Source: an uncultured Acidimicrobiales bacterium
GTDB taxonomy: Bacteria; Actinomycetota; Acidimicrobiia; Acidimicrobiales; CADCSY01
Assembly: GCA_902805555.1 (NCBI GenBank)
Contig: CADCSY010000092.1
Span: 14,048-78,047, forward strand
Reading direction: 5' to 3'
Length of the DNA stretch: 64,000 nt
The notes under the pieces are model-generated. The model was not told where the DNA came from and ran no database searches. It saw only the letters and a program-made list of their open reading frames with translations. Of this stretch, positions 47,045 through 56,256 are shown piece by piece (within the stretch, counting starts at the first letter, position 1; every line of letters begins with the position of its first letter). Made by a program: the position numbers and the translations under genes.

Positions 47045-48532
47045 TCACCCGGCGCCGCCGATGAGCGGCACGGTGATCTCGATCTCGGTCCCTGCGGTCG
47101 GCCCCGACCCGTCGCTCCGGCCCCGCATCACGATCGACCCCTCGATCTGGCTCGTCACCAGGCTCCGCACGATCGAGAGCCCGAGGCCCCTCGACTGGTC
47201 GATGGAGAAGCCCTCGGGGAGTCCGACGCCGTCGTCGACCACCCTGAGCACGAGCTGGGTGCCGTCGTTCGACAGCGTGACGACGACCCGCCCCCCGTCC
47301 GCCGCCCGGGACGGTGGGAAGGCGTGGTCGACGGTGTTCTGGAGCAGCTCGTTGAGCACCACCGCCAGCGGGGTGGCGATCCGAGCGGGGAGCTTGCCGG
47401 CGTCACCCTCCACTGCGATCGTGATCGGGTGCTCGGGCGAGAGCAGCCCCTCCTCGACCATCCGCACGAGTGGCCGCACGATCTCGCTGAAGGGCAGCTC
47501 GTCCCCGACCTCGCGCGACAGCGTCTCGTGCACCAGGGCGATGGCGCGGATGCGCCGCACCGACTCCTCGATCGCGCCCTTCGCCTCGGGGGACTCCAGC
47601 CGGCGGCCCTGGAGCCGCAGCAGCGAGGAGATCGTCTGGAGGTTGTTCTTCACGCGGTGGTGGATCTCGCGGATGGTCGCGTCCATCGAGATGAGCAACC
47701 GGTCGCGCCGTCGCAGCTCCGAGATGTCGCGCATGAGCACGAGCGCGCCGGTCACCGTCCCCTCGTCGAGCATCGGCAGGCAGCGGACGAGGACCGTGAC
47801 CTCCGGCCCCCGCTCGATCTCCTCGGTGACGGGGGCGCCGATCGCGAAGCTCGTGCGCACCGCCACCTCGTCCAACCCGAGCTCGCTCAGCTTCATCCCC
47901 TCGGCGTTGGCGTGCACGCCGATGCGGTGCAGCGCCGACACCGCGTTCGGGGAGGCGTACTCGACCCGGCCGTCGCGGTCGAGCACGACCGCGCCGTCAC
48001 CCACCCTGGGCGCCTCCTCGGAGGCGTCCTCGGCCCCGAAGGGGAACTCGCCGGTGGTGATCATGCGGGCGAAGCGGTTGAAGACCTCGACGTACATCGC
48101 CTCGAGCTCCCCGGGCTGGCGGCCGATCGTGGGCGCGGACTCCCGGGTGACCACGCCGACGACCTCCCCCTCGAGGCGGACGGGGATCGCGAGCACCGAC
48201 ACCCGCTCGTGCAGGACGGAGAGGTTCATCTCGCCCTCCACGATCCGCCCGCCCCGCATGGCCCGCCCCACGAGCGGGCGCTCGGCCTCGTCGAACACGG
48301 CGCCGACGAAGTCGCTCCGGTACAGCGTCTGGTTCGTGGTCGGGCGGATCTGGCCGAAGACGACGAAGCGACGCCCGTGCGGGAGCAGGGAGGTGTCGGG
48401 CACCAGCAGGAGCAGGTCGGCGAAGCACAGGTCGGCGAGGGGGCCCCACGACGCCACCAGGCGCTGCAGGTGGCCGACCTGGGCGTAGGACAGCCCGGTG
48501 TGCAGCCGTGCCAGCTCGGCGACCGTCGCCAT
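47045..48532 (-). CDS. pdtaS: PdtaS-like cytoplasmic sensor histidine kinase
   Basis: LADLCFADLLL N-domain, PRVGDG, EIHHRVKNNLQ, ELLQN, DDGVG, GLGL. Confidence 0.88.
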   Translation of the reverse strand: MATVAELARLHTGLSYAQVGHLQRLVASWGPLADLCFADLLLLVPDTSLLPHGRRFVVFGQIRPTTNQTLYRSDFVGAVFDEAERPLVGRAMRGGRIVEGEMNLSVLHERVSVLAIPVRLEGEVVGVVTRESAPTIGRQPGELEAMYVEVFNRFARMITTGEFPFGAEDASEEAPRVGDGAVVLDRDGRVEYASPNAVSALHRIGVHANAEGMKLSELGLDEVAVRTSFAIGAPVTEEIERGPEVTVLVRCLPMLDEGTVTGALVLMRDISELRRRDRLLISMDATIREIHHRVKNNLQTISSLLRLQGRRLESPEAKGAIEESVRRIRAIALVHETLSREVGDELPFSEIVRPLVRMVEEGLLSPEHPITIAVEGDAGKLPARIATPLAVVLNELLQNTVDHAFPPSRAADGGRVVVTLSNDGTQLVLRVVDDGVGLPEGFSIDQSRGLGLSIVRSLVTSQIEGSIVMRGRSDGSGPTAGTEIEITVPLIGGAG

Positions 48533-49428
48533 CAGCCGGCGGGGAGGGGTGCCGGCGAGACGGCGATGGGGACCTCCCGGCGCCGGCGCTCCCTGAACCC
48601 GGTCAGCGAGTCGTACCCGGCGTCGACCAGGAGCCGGGCGACGTCACCCCGACGCTCCCCCACCCGGTCGCGACGGTGGGCGTCGCTGGCCGTTGTGACC
48701 GGCACGCCCGCTGCGTGGAACCTGGCCAGCAGGTCGGGCGCCGGGTAGGCCTCGTCCGCCGGCTTGCGCCAGCCGTTCGAGTTGACCTCAGCAGCCATCC
48801 CGCTGCGGGCCGCCGCCTCGGCGAGGCGGGCGTGCCACTCGTCGGGGACGGCGGGACGGCGGCCGGCGACCTTGCACAGGTCGGGGTGGGCGAGCACGTC
48901 GCAGACGCCGGAGTCAGCCAGCTCGTCGATGGCGTCGGCGTAGGCGTCCCACACGTCCTCCACGGCCCTGGTGTCCCACTCTGCGAGGACGGTGTCGTTC
49001 CCGACGTCGTCGAACCCCCACGCCCCCAGCCAGTGCACGGACCCGAGCAGCACGTCGAACGGGTAGCCCTCGAGGATGGCCGCCACCTCGTGCATGCGGC
49101 CGCGGTGGAAGTCGACCTCCAGGCCGAGCACGACGGGCAGGCCGGCGTCCTTGGCGGCGAGGACGACCTCCACGTACTGGTCGAGGTCGGCTCCCTGCTC
49201 CTGCTGCCAGAAGGCGGCGAGCACGTCCCGCACCGGGCTCCGGGGCTCGGACTCCCACCAGCCGCCGAGCACCGCGTCCGCCTGGCGGAACCGGTGGAGG
49301 TGCTCGGTCAGGGCCAGCTCGACCACGCCCTGCGACCGGGCCTGCTCGCAGTACGCACCGACCTGCTCGAGCGTGGCGTCCAGTGGCCGGGGGCCGTGCT
49401 CCCACAGGTGGAGGTGGTAGTCGAGCAC
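48532..49428 (-). CDS. PHP-family histidinol-phosphatase (HisJ/HisK-like)
   Basis: DYHLH, TEH, GLEVD, GSVH, AHPD, EVNS, SDAH. Confidence 0.8.
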   Translation of the reverse strand: MLDYHLHLWEHGPRPLDATLEQVGAYCEQARSQGVVELALTEHLHRFRQADAVLGGWWESEPRSPVRDVLAAFWQQEQGADLDQYVEVVLAAKDAGLPVVLGLEVDFHRGRMHEVAAILEGYPFDVLLGSVHWLGAWGFDDVGNDTVLAEWDTRAVEDVWDAYADAIDELADSGVCDVLAHPDLCKVAGRRPAVPDEWHARLAEAAARSGMAAEVNSNGWRKPADEAYPAPDLLARFHAAGVPVTTASDAHRRDRVGERRGDVARLLVDAGYDSLTGFRERRRREVPIAVSPAPLPAG

Positions 49429-49493
49429 GGCGTCAACCTACCGGTGGCCCGGCGCCCCCTGGTCGGGCGGGCACCGGCCGTACCCTCTCCGCC

Positions 49494-50291
49494 GTGGCCG
49501 ATGCGCTCTACGAGCTCGACGCCGGGCGGCTGGTGCCGAGCGAGCTCACCGTCGGACCGTGGGACCCGGGCAGCCAGCACGGCGGTGCACCGTCGGCGCT
49601 GCTCACCTGGGCCATCGAGGCGGTGGCGAGCCCCGCCCCGCTGCAGGTGGCGCGCCTGACGGTCGAGCTGCTCCGGCCCGTCCCCCTCCGACCGCTGTCG
49701 ATCACCACCGAGGTCGTCCGGCCGGGTCGCAAGGTGCAGCTGGTGCGGGCGGTGCTGCGGGACGGTGACCAGGAGGTCGCCGCCGCCCACGGTCTCGGCC
49801 TGCGCACAGCCGACCTGCCGCTCCCCGAGGGCACGGCGGTCGCCGAGGCAGCGCCCCCCGGGCCGGAGACGGCCCGGCCGAGCGCCCCCGGGGGGATCAT
49901 CCGGGACCGGTCCGTCCCCGGCTTCCACACCACCGCCAACGACCTGCGCTTCACCGAGGGCGGCTTCGACCGCCCCGGCCCTGCCACCGCCTGGGTCCGC
50001 CTGCTCGTGCCGGTCGTGGCCGGGGAGCCGGTGTCACCGGCCATGCGGGTCGCGGGAGCAGCCGACTTCGGCAACGGGCTCAGCTGGGTGCTCCCACCGG
50101 AGCGCTGGCTGTTCGTCAACCCCGACCTCAGCATCCACCTCCTGCGACTGCCGGAGGGCGAGTGGGTCGGGATGTGCAGCACCACCCTGCCGGGCGGCGA
50201 GGGGATCGGGCTGGCCGAGACCGCGCTGTTCGACCTCGGCGGGCGCATCGGGCGCTCGGTCCAGAGCCTCCTGCTGGACGCCCGCCCCTGA
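49494..50291 (+). CDS. Double hot-dog thioesterase family protein
   Basis: GPWDPGSQHGG, VELLRPVP, AADFGNG, NPDLSIHL. Confidence 0.85.
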   Translation: MADALYELDAGRLVPSELTVGPWDPGSQHGGAPSALLTWAIEAVASPAPLQVARLTVELLRPVPLRPLSITTEVVRPGRKVQLVRAVLRDGDQEVAAAHGLGLRTADLPLPEGTAVAEAAPPGPETARPSAPGGIIRDRSVPGFHTTANDLRFTEGGFDRPGPATAWVRLLVPVVAGEPVSPAMRVAGAADFGNGLSWVLPPERWLFVNPDLSIHLLRLPEGEWVGMCSTTLPGGEGIGLAETALFDLGGRIGRSVQSLLLDARP

Positions 50292-50427
50292 CCTCGCCGG
50301 CGTCCGCCATGTCCCCGTCGCGCCTTCCCTACGGCGAGGGCTCGCGGCCGGCGCACGCCCGGTCGGGCGGGTGCGCGTCAGACCGGTGCCCGACCTCTCG
50401 CGGTCCTCCGGGCAGGACCTCGGCCCG

Positions 50428-51105
50428 TCACGAGCGCACCGGCTCGACCGGCGGCTGGGTCAGCGGGTCGGCCTCGCCACCGGGCTCCCAGATGGTCCGG
50501 CGGTAGCTGGACTCGAGGTTGGCGGCGATGGTCGCCGGCTCCACGTCGAGGCCGAGGTGGTCGTGCAGGATGCAGGCGGCGTCCGGTCGGGCCTCGGGAG
50601 GCGGCCAGGAGTCCGGCTGCCAGAGCCCCCCGCGGCGCAGCGCCTTGCCGCAGTGGATGTAGCAGCGCTCGACGTCGATGCCGACGGCCAGGCGCGGCCG
50701 CCGGCCGCTGACGGTGGTGGCGTCGAGGACCGCAGGGTCGGCCGTGAGGGTGGCTCGGCCGTTCAACCGGAGCGTCTCCTCCAACCCCGGCACCACGAAC
50801 AGCACGCCGACCTCGGGCTGCGCCACCAGGTTGGCGTGGGAGTCGACCCGGTTGTTGCCGGCGAGGTCGCCGAAGGCGAGACGGTGGTCGTCGAGGACGG
50901 CGACGAAGCCCGGAGGGCCGCCGCGTGGCGACGCATCCGTCCCGTGCGGCCCGGACGTGGCGAGCACCAGGAACGTCGTGTGGGCGAGGAAGTCGCGGGC
51001 GCCCTGGTCGAGGTGCCCGATCTCCTTCTCGACCGCGACCACGTTCGGCTCTCGGTACCTGGCACGGAGGGCGGCGGCGTCGGTGATCGGCGAGTCGAAG
51101 GGCAC
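50428..51105 (-). CDS. MSMEG_1061-family FMN-binding PPOX-type flavoprotein
   Basis: DASPRGGPPGFV, GNNRVDS, ETLRLNG, YIHCGKALRR..LW. Confidence 0.85.
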   Translation of the reverse strand: MPFDSPITDAAALRARYREPNVVAVEKEIGHLDQGARDFLAHTTFLVLATSGPHGTDASPRGGPPGFVAVLDDHRLAFGDLAGNNRVDSHANLVAQPEVGVLFVVPGLEETLRLNGRATLTADPAVLDATTVSGRRPRLAVGIDVERCYIHCGKALRRGGLWQPDSWPPPEARPDAACILHDHLGLDVEPATIAANLESSYRRTIWEPGGEADPLTQPPVEPVRS

Positions 51106-51125
51106 GACCCATCTTCGCGCCTGGG

Positions 51126-51749
51126 TCACTCCGACGAGGCGGCCCTCCGGCGGGCGGCGCGCCGCCGCGACACCCACAGCCCGAGACCACCTCCGATGAT
51201 CCCGCTGAAGGCTGCGACGATGAGGTTGCTGGTGTCCGACCCGCCCTCCGCCCCCCCGACCTCTGGGTCCTCGACCACGCCGCCGTCGGCTCCGCCCTCG
51301 CCGGTGGTGGCGACCGGGTCCTCCCCGGCACCTCCCACGGCCGGGCTCCCTTCCGCGGCGCCTGCCACCTGCACCGGGATCTCGGTGCTCCCGGGCGGGA
51401 ACGACGAGGTCACCGCCAGCGTCCAGCTCCCGGGCTCGTCGAGCTCGAAGGTGGCGGCGTACGTGCCCGCTCCCGTCTCGCGGGCCAGGCGGACCGTCGG
51501 CGCCTCGCCGCCGGTCGGTCCGGTGGGGAAGACGTCGACGAACGCACCGGTGGCCTCGTGGCCGTCCGCCTCGAACAGGACGGCGAGGCGCAGCGTCACG
51601 GTGCCGGGCGCCTCCTCGCCGGCGTCGACCACCTCGAAGGCGGCCCCACCGCCGTGTGCCGCTGCGGGCACCGCCCCGGCGACGGCACCGACGGCGGCCC
51701 CACAGCCCACCGCGAGGGCCAGCAGGAGTGGTCGCGGGTTCAGCGCCAC
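51126..51749 (-). CDS. Secreted, C-terminally anchored protein (YtkA/FixH-like Ig fold, tentative)
   Basis: Signal peptide ending AAA-HGG; GTYAATFELDEPGSWTLAV; acidic linker; C-terminal TM plus RRR; start overlaps the upstream ATPase stop. Confidence 0.6.
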   Translation of the reverse strand: MALNPRPLLLALAVGCGAAVGAVAGAVPAAAHGGGAAFEVVDAGEEAPGTVTLRLAVLFEADGHEATGAFVDVFPTGPTGGEAPTVRLARETGAGTYAATFELDEPGSWTLAVTSSFPPGSTEIPVQVAGAAEGSPAVGGAGEDPVATTGEGGADGGVVEDPEVGGAEGGSDTSNLIVAAFSGIIGGGLGLWVSRRRAARRRAASSE

Positions 51750-52909
51750 AGCTGCTCCCCGACCCTGGCGAGCCCGGCGAGGTCGAAGATGTCGGTGTCG
51801 AAGTAGGGCACGGAGGCGACCACCTCGGGGGCCGAGCCGAGCTCGGCCCGCTGGGTCGCCTCCCGCTTGGCGGCCACCTGGAAGTGCAGGAAGCTGTCGC
51901 CGACCTCCTTCAGCACCCGCGCCACCATCGCCTCCTCCCCGACTGCGGCGGGGACGGTGGCGGCCACCGCCGAGGCGTCGGCGGACAGGCGGGTGGCCGA
52001 CCTCGTGGCGTCGGGGTCGAGCAGGTACGCCGGAAGGACCTTGTTCAGGACGAGCGCGCCCAGGTGGAGCCGCCGCTCGGCCAGCGCCCGGATGAAGAAG
52101 TCGGCCTCGTGGGCCGGGCTCGCCTCGAGCGTGCTCACGACGACGAACGTGGTCCGCCGCTCCTCGAGGACCCGCTCGACGGCCCGCGCCCGCTGGACGA
52201 AGCCGTCGTACATCGACTGGAACAGGATGAAGAACTCGGCGATGTCCTGGAGGAACGCCGAGCCGAGGATCCGGTCGGCCACCTGGTAGAACGGCCGCGA
52301 GGCGGCGTTGACGAAGCGGCTCCGGTACGGCGCCAGCAACCAGCGCAGCAGCCGGCTCGAGAAGAACTCGGCCATGCGCTCGGGTGCCTGGAGGAAGTCG
52401 AGGGCGTTCCTGGTGGGGGGCGTGTCGACGATGATCAGGTCGTAGACGCCACTGGTGTGCAGCTCGTAGAGCCGCTCCATGGCGATGTAGTCGTGGCTCT
52501 GGACGAACTTGCCGGTGACGTTCTGGTACAGCGGGTTGGCGAGGATGGCGTCGCGGGTCTTGGCGTCGGGTGCGTGGCGGCGGATGAGGTCGTCCCAGCT
52601 CTGCTTGGTGTCGAGCATCGCCGCCCACAGCTCGCCTCGGGGCTCGAGGCCGGCGGCTGCGAACGTCTCCGGGCTGACCTGCACCTCCACGTTGCCGAAG
52701 CGCTCGAGCCCCATGGCGCTGGCCAGCCGGCGCGCGGGGTCGACCGTGAGGACGAGCACCTTGCCGCCGAGGTGCACGGCGGCCATCGTCCCGAGCGCGG
52801 CGGCGGTCGTGGTCTTGCCGACGCCGCCCGAACCGCAGGTGACGACGATCTCCTTCGCGGCGAGCAGCTGGTCGAGGGTCGCCGCCTCGCCGCCCCTACG
52901 GGCGCTCAC
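51740..52909 (-). CDS. ArsA/Get3-family ATPase (Rv3680-like)
   Basis: GSGGVGKTT, TVDPARRLA, IVDTPP, VLNK. Confidence 0.88.
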   Translation of the reverse strand: MSARRGGEAATLDQLLAAKEIVVTCGSGGVGKTTTAAALGTMAAVHLGGKVLVLTVDPARRLASAMGLERFGNVEVQVSPETFAAAGLEPRGELWAAMLDTKQSWDDLIRRHAPDAKTRDAILANPLYQNVTGKFVQSHDYIAMERLYELHTSGVYDLIIVDTPPTRNALDFLQAPERMAEFFSSRLLRWLLAPYRSRFVNAASRPFYQVADRILGSAFLQDIAEFFILFQSMYDGFVQRARAVERVLEERRTTFVVVSTLEASPAHEADFFIRALAERRLHLGALVLNKVLPAYLLDPDATRSATRLSADASAVAATVPAAVGEEAMVARVLKEVGDSFLHFQVAAKREATQRAELGSAPEVVASVPYFDTDIFDLAGLARVGEQLWR

Positions 52910-52937
52910 GCCCGGACCCACCGGCGTCGGAGCGGCG

Positions 52938-53885
52938 TCACAGGAGCTCGGCCGCCAGTGCGTCGGCCACCTGGCGGGTGGCCCGCAGGCCGTGGGTGCG
53001 GTTGAAGAGCTCGGGCACGTAGACGACGTTCGTGCCGTCGGGGACCCCCTCGCGGAGGTGGGTCAGGTGGCCCGCCCGGGTCCGGCGCAGCGTGACCGCC
53101 AGGCGGGCCGCCTCGAGGACGGGACCGATGCCGGACCCCAGCGCGCCGTCGAGGCCCCCTGCCTCCTCGACGTCGCGCAGGCGCTCGAACACCTCTTCCT
53201 CGGCTCTGCCGAACAGCTCCGGCAGCACCCGGTTCACGATCACCGCGGCGAGGTCGACGTGGGTGTCCTCCAACCGCTCGATCAGCTCGAGCGTCTCCAC
53301 CACCGGCATCTCCTCGGGGGCCGCCACGATGACGACGCCGGTGGCGGCGGGGTCCTGGAGGATGTCGAGCATCCACCCGGTCTGCTCCCTGATGAGGCCG
53401 ACCTGGACGAGGTCGTTGATCGCGCGTGGCGCGTTCAGCTGCCCCACGATGTGGCCCGTGGCGGGGGCGTCGACGACCACGAGGTCGTAGTGCCGCTGCT
53501 TGACCTCCCAGGCGAACTTCCCGACGGTGACGATCTCCTTCACCCCGGGAGCCGCGTTCGCCAGGAAGTCGAAGGTCCTGGCCAGCGGGCCGATGCGGGC
53601 GAGGAGGGGGATGCGCACCTGCAGGCGGAGGTACTCGCGCAGCGACTCCTCCGTGTCCATCGTCATCGCGAAGACGCCGGGCTGGACCTCCCGCTCGGCG
53701 AACGACGTCGGGGCGGTCTCGAGCACCTCGGCCAGGTCGCCCTTGGCGTCGACCTCACAGACGAGCACCCGCTTGCCCTGCTGCGCGCCGAGGACCGCGA
53801 GCGCCGCTGCGATCGTCGTCTTGCCGACCCCGCCCTTGCCGGTGACGAAGAGCAGGCGGCGGTCGAGCAGGGCTGCGCCCGGCAC
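52938..53885 (-). CDS. ArsA/Get3-family ATPase (Rv3679-like)
   Basis: GKGGVGKTT, APGVKE...GK, VDAPATGH, PEEMPV.ET. Confidence 0.88.
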   Translation of the reverse strand: MPGAALLDRRLLFVTGKGGVGKTTIAAALAVLGAQQGKRVLVCEVDAKGDLAEVLETAPTSFAEREVQPGVFAMTMDTEESLREYLRLQVRIPLLARIGPLARTFDFLANAAPGVKEIVTVGKFAWEVKQRHYDLVVVDAPATGHIVGQLNAPRAINDLVQVGLIREQTGWMLDILQDPAATGVVIVAAPEEMPVVETLELIERLEDTHVDLAAVIVNRVLPELFGRAEEEVFERLRDVEEAGGLDGALGSGIGPVLEAARLAVTLRRTRAGHLTHLREGVPDGTNVVYVPELFNRTHGLRATRQVADALAAELL

Positions 53886-53890
53886 CGGTG

Positions 53891-54127
53891 CTAGGTGCCG
53901 CCGAAGCCGATGCGGCGCTCGTCCCTCGGGCTGCCGATCTCGACGTAGGCCACCTTGGCGACCGGGACCCCGACCTGGCGGCCCTTGCGGTCGGTCAGCC
54001 ACAGCACGCCGGCCTCACCGCCGAGGGCCTGCTCGACGTCGACGCGGACCTGGGCCGGATCGGCCTCGTCACCGAGGTCGACGTCGATCTCCTTGGCCGT
54101 GTAGGTCACACCGATGCGAACGTCCAC
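53891..54127 (-). CDS. DUF3107 family protein
   Basis: VRIGV...KEI...LTDRKGRQV.VP..KVAYVEIG...RRIGF. Confidence 0.88.
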   Translation of the reverse strand: MDVRIGVTYTAKEIDVDLGDEADPAQVRVDVEQALGGEAGVLWLTDRKGRQVGVPVAKVAYVEIGSPRDERRIGFGGT

Positions 54128-54273
54128 GGGCAGGTCTCCTCGGGAGGTCGGGGGGCGAGCGTCGCCATGGTACGGCGGCAGCGCGTCCGTCCCGACGGCC
54201 GGCGAGCCGCGTCGGGTCGAGCAGGCCGGCACCTGCTGCGCCCGTCGGACGCCCGCTGGTACGGTGAGGCCAC

Positions 54274-54789
54274 GTGGGACCCGCCCTCCTGCTCCTCGCC
54301 GACGGGACGGGCGGGGACGTCGGTGAGCCGGACGACCTCGTCGGCGCTGCGCTCGAGCTGGCCCGGGCCACGGGGGGCGTCGGCCGGGTGCTCCTGTTCC
54401 ACCCGCACGAGGCGGAGGCGGCGCTCACGGCGAGGGCGCTGGGCTTCCGCCTGTGGCCGGCGGACGGCGAGACCGAGGGCGCCCGATGGGCCAACGCCTT
54501 CCGCCAGGCCGGCGAGCTCGGGTACGAGGGCGCCGTGGTGCTGCGCCTCGCCGCCGCCGGCCTGCCGCCGGAGCGGCTGACCGAGGTGGTCGAGCTGCTG
54601 GCCACGAACGCCGCCGTGGTGCTCCCCGACCGGGGAGGCGGCATCGCCGTGCTCGCCGTGCAGCGCCACGAGCCGACGCTGCTCCCGCCGAGCGCTTCGG
54701 TGCCCGATCTCGAGACCCTCCGCACCCGCGCCCGCCAGCTGCGGATCTCCCTCGTGGAGCTCGAGGCGCACGTCCCCGTCGTGCGGTAG
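54274..54789 (+). CDS. DUF2064 / CofC-like nucleotide-diphospho-sugar transferase fold protein (divergent)
   Basis: GETEGARWANAF...AVVL...P...VVLPDRGG pattern resembles DUF2064; short. Confidence 0.45.
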   Translation: MGPALLLLADGTGGDVGEPDDLVGAALELARATGGVGRVLLFHPHEAEAALTARALGFRLWPADGETEGARWANAFRQAGELGYEGAVVLRLAAAGLPPERLTEVVELLATNAAVVLPDRGGGIAVLAVQRHEPTLLPPSASVPDLETLRTRARQLRISLVELEAHVPVVR

Positions 54790-54828
54790 CCCCCCAGCGG
54801 CGGGGTGCGCAGGGCAGGGTCGCTCGCC

Positions 54829-56247
54829 TCAGGCGGGGGCGCAGTCGACCACGGAGCCGGGGGCGATGGCGCCCAGCTGGCCGGCGGTCGGCTCGGCGCA
54901 GCAGAACCAGGCCTCCGTCAGGCGGGGCCGACCCGCCGTCCACGGGACGGTCACGCCCGGGTCGGCTGCCCCGGCCGCCCTGCGCACGGCGGCGGCCACG
55001 GCGTCGAACGTCGCCGCTGCAGGCAGGCCGCCTGCGGCATGCGCCTCCACGAGTGCGGCCAGCTCCACCTGCAGCGCGTCGACGGCCGGGTCGGCTGCGC
55101 GCCACCGGTACCCGAGGGCCTCGGCGTCGTAGCCGAGGAGGTGGGGAGCCAGGTCCTGGTGGTCGAGCAGGAGCGAGCCCTCGGGCAGGAGCAGCCGGAT
55201 CGTCCAGTGCACCGGGTCGATGTTCGGGCCGAGGTCGTGGGTGACGGCGAAGTCGACCAGCGCCACCAGGTCGGCGAGCGTGGTCCACGGGGTGAACGGG
55301 AGCAGCGAGGGTCGCAGCTCGATGCCGTGGCTCCGGAGGAGCGCCACCGCAGACGCCGCCTCGGCGGCCGTGTGGCCCTTGTCGAGGCGCTCGAGGATCT
55401 CGTCGTTCACGCACTCGACGGCGGAGGTGACGAAGAGGCAGCCGGCGGCGGCGAGCTCGGGCCACACGTCGGCGTGGCGCAGGACGAGCTCGACCTTCGT
55501 CGTGCAGTCGAAGGTGAGCTCGGGGTGTCGCTCGTGGATGGCCCGCACCAGCCGCAGCGAGTGCTTCGGGCCGTTCAGGAAGTCGGGGTCGCCGAAGGTG
55601 AGGTGGCGGGCGCCGGCGGCAACGAGCTGGTCGACGTCGGCCACCACCACGTCGTGGTCGACCACCCGGATCCGGCCGTCGTAGACGGTGGGCACCGGGC
55701 AGTGGCGGCAGCGGAACGTGCACCCGTGGCTGCCCTCGACGTAGCCCGCGAGCCGCTCCTCGCCGCCGACCGAGAGGCGGGCGTAGCGCTCGAGGGGCGG
55801 GAGCAGCTCGCGCGCCGGGAGCCGGAACCCGCCCCGCCCCAGGTGCACGCTGACGACGCCGACGGCGTCGGCCGGCGTGGACGGGGCCAGCCCGTCCACC
55901 CACGCCACCAGCGCCGGCTCGTACTCGCCGGCGATCACCCTGTCGGCCGAGCGGCCGGCGGTGGCGTCCCGCCCGACGGGTGCGTACAGCCCGTAGAAGC
56001 AGATCGGCAGGTCAGGGCGCCTGGCCCTGGCGTCGGTGGCCACGGCGACGGCGAGGCGCATGGCGGTGTGCATCGGCACGGACAGCGCAAGGGCGTCGAC
56101 GTCGTCGAGGAGCGCCGGGTCCCACGGCTCGACCGACAGGTCGAAGGCCCGCACGTCGTGGCCGGCCGCCTCCAGGGCGGCGGCCGGTGACGCCACGTGG
56201 AGGGGTTGGTGCCCGAGCTCGTAGGTCGAGACGAGCAGGGCGCGCAC
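54829..56247 (-). CDS. B12-binding radical SAM protein with CCAEP tail
   Basis: N-terminal cobalamin-binding-like domain, GCTFRCRHC motif, C-terminal LTEAWFCCAEP (both Cys encoded by TGC). Confidence 0.9.
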   Translation of the reverse strand: MRALLVSTYELGHQPLHVASPAAALEAAGHDVRAFDLSVEPWDPALLDDVDALALSVPMHTAMRLAVAVATDARARRPDLPICFYGLYAPVGRDATAGRSADRVIAGEYEPALVAWVDGLAPSTPADAVGVVSVHLGRGGFRLPARELLPPLERYARLSVGGEERLAGYVEGSHGCTFRCRHCPVPTVYDGRIRVVDHDVVVADVDQLVAAGARHLTFGDPDFLNGPKHSLRLVRAIHERHPELTFDCTTKVELVLRHADVWPELAAAGCLFVTSAVECVNDEILERLDKGHTAAEAASAVALLRSHGIELRPSLLPFTPWTTLADLVALVDFAVTHDLGPNIDPVHWTIRLLLPEGSLLLDHQDLAPHLLGYDAEALGYRWRAADPAVDALQVELAALVEAHAAGGLPAAATFDAVAAAVRRAAGAADPGVTVPWTAGRPRLTEAWFCCAEPTAGQLGAIAPGSVVDCAPA

Positions 56248-56256
56248 CGGCCGAGG

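Noticed and set aside
51740-53885. Arsenite-efflux ars operon
   Set aside because: No arsB/acr3/arsC/arsD nearby; single-domain ATPase pair of the Get3-like actinobacterial type.
54880-54915. Selenocysteine (UGA) in the radical SAM tail
   Set aside because: Codons read TGG TTC TGC TGC GCC GAG; both are cysteine.
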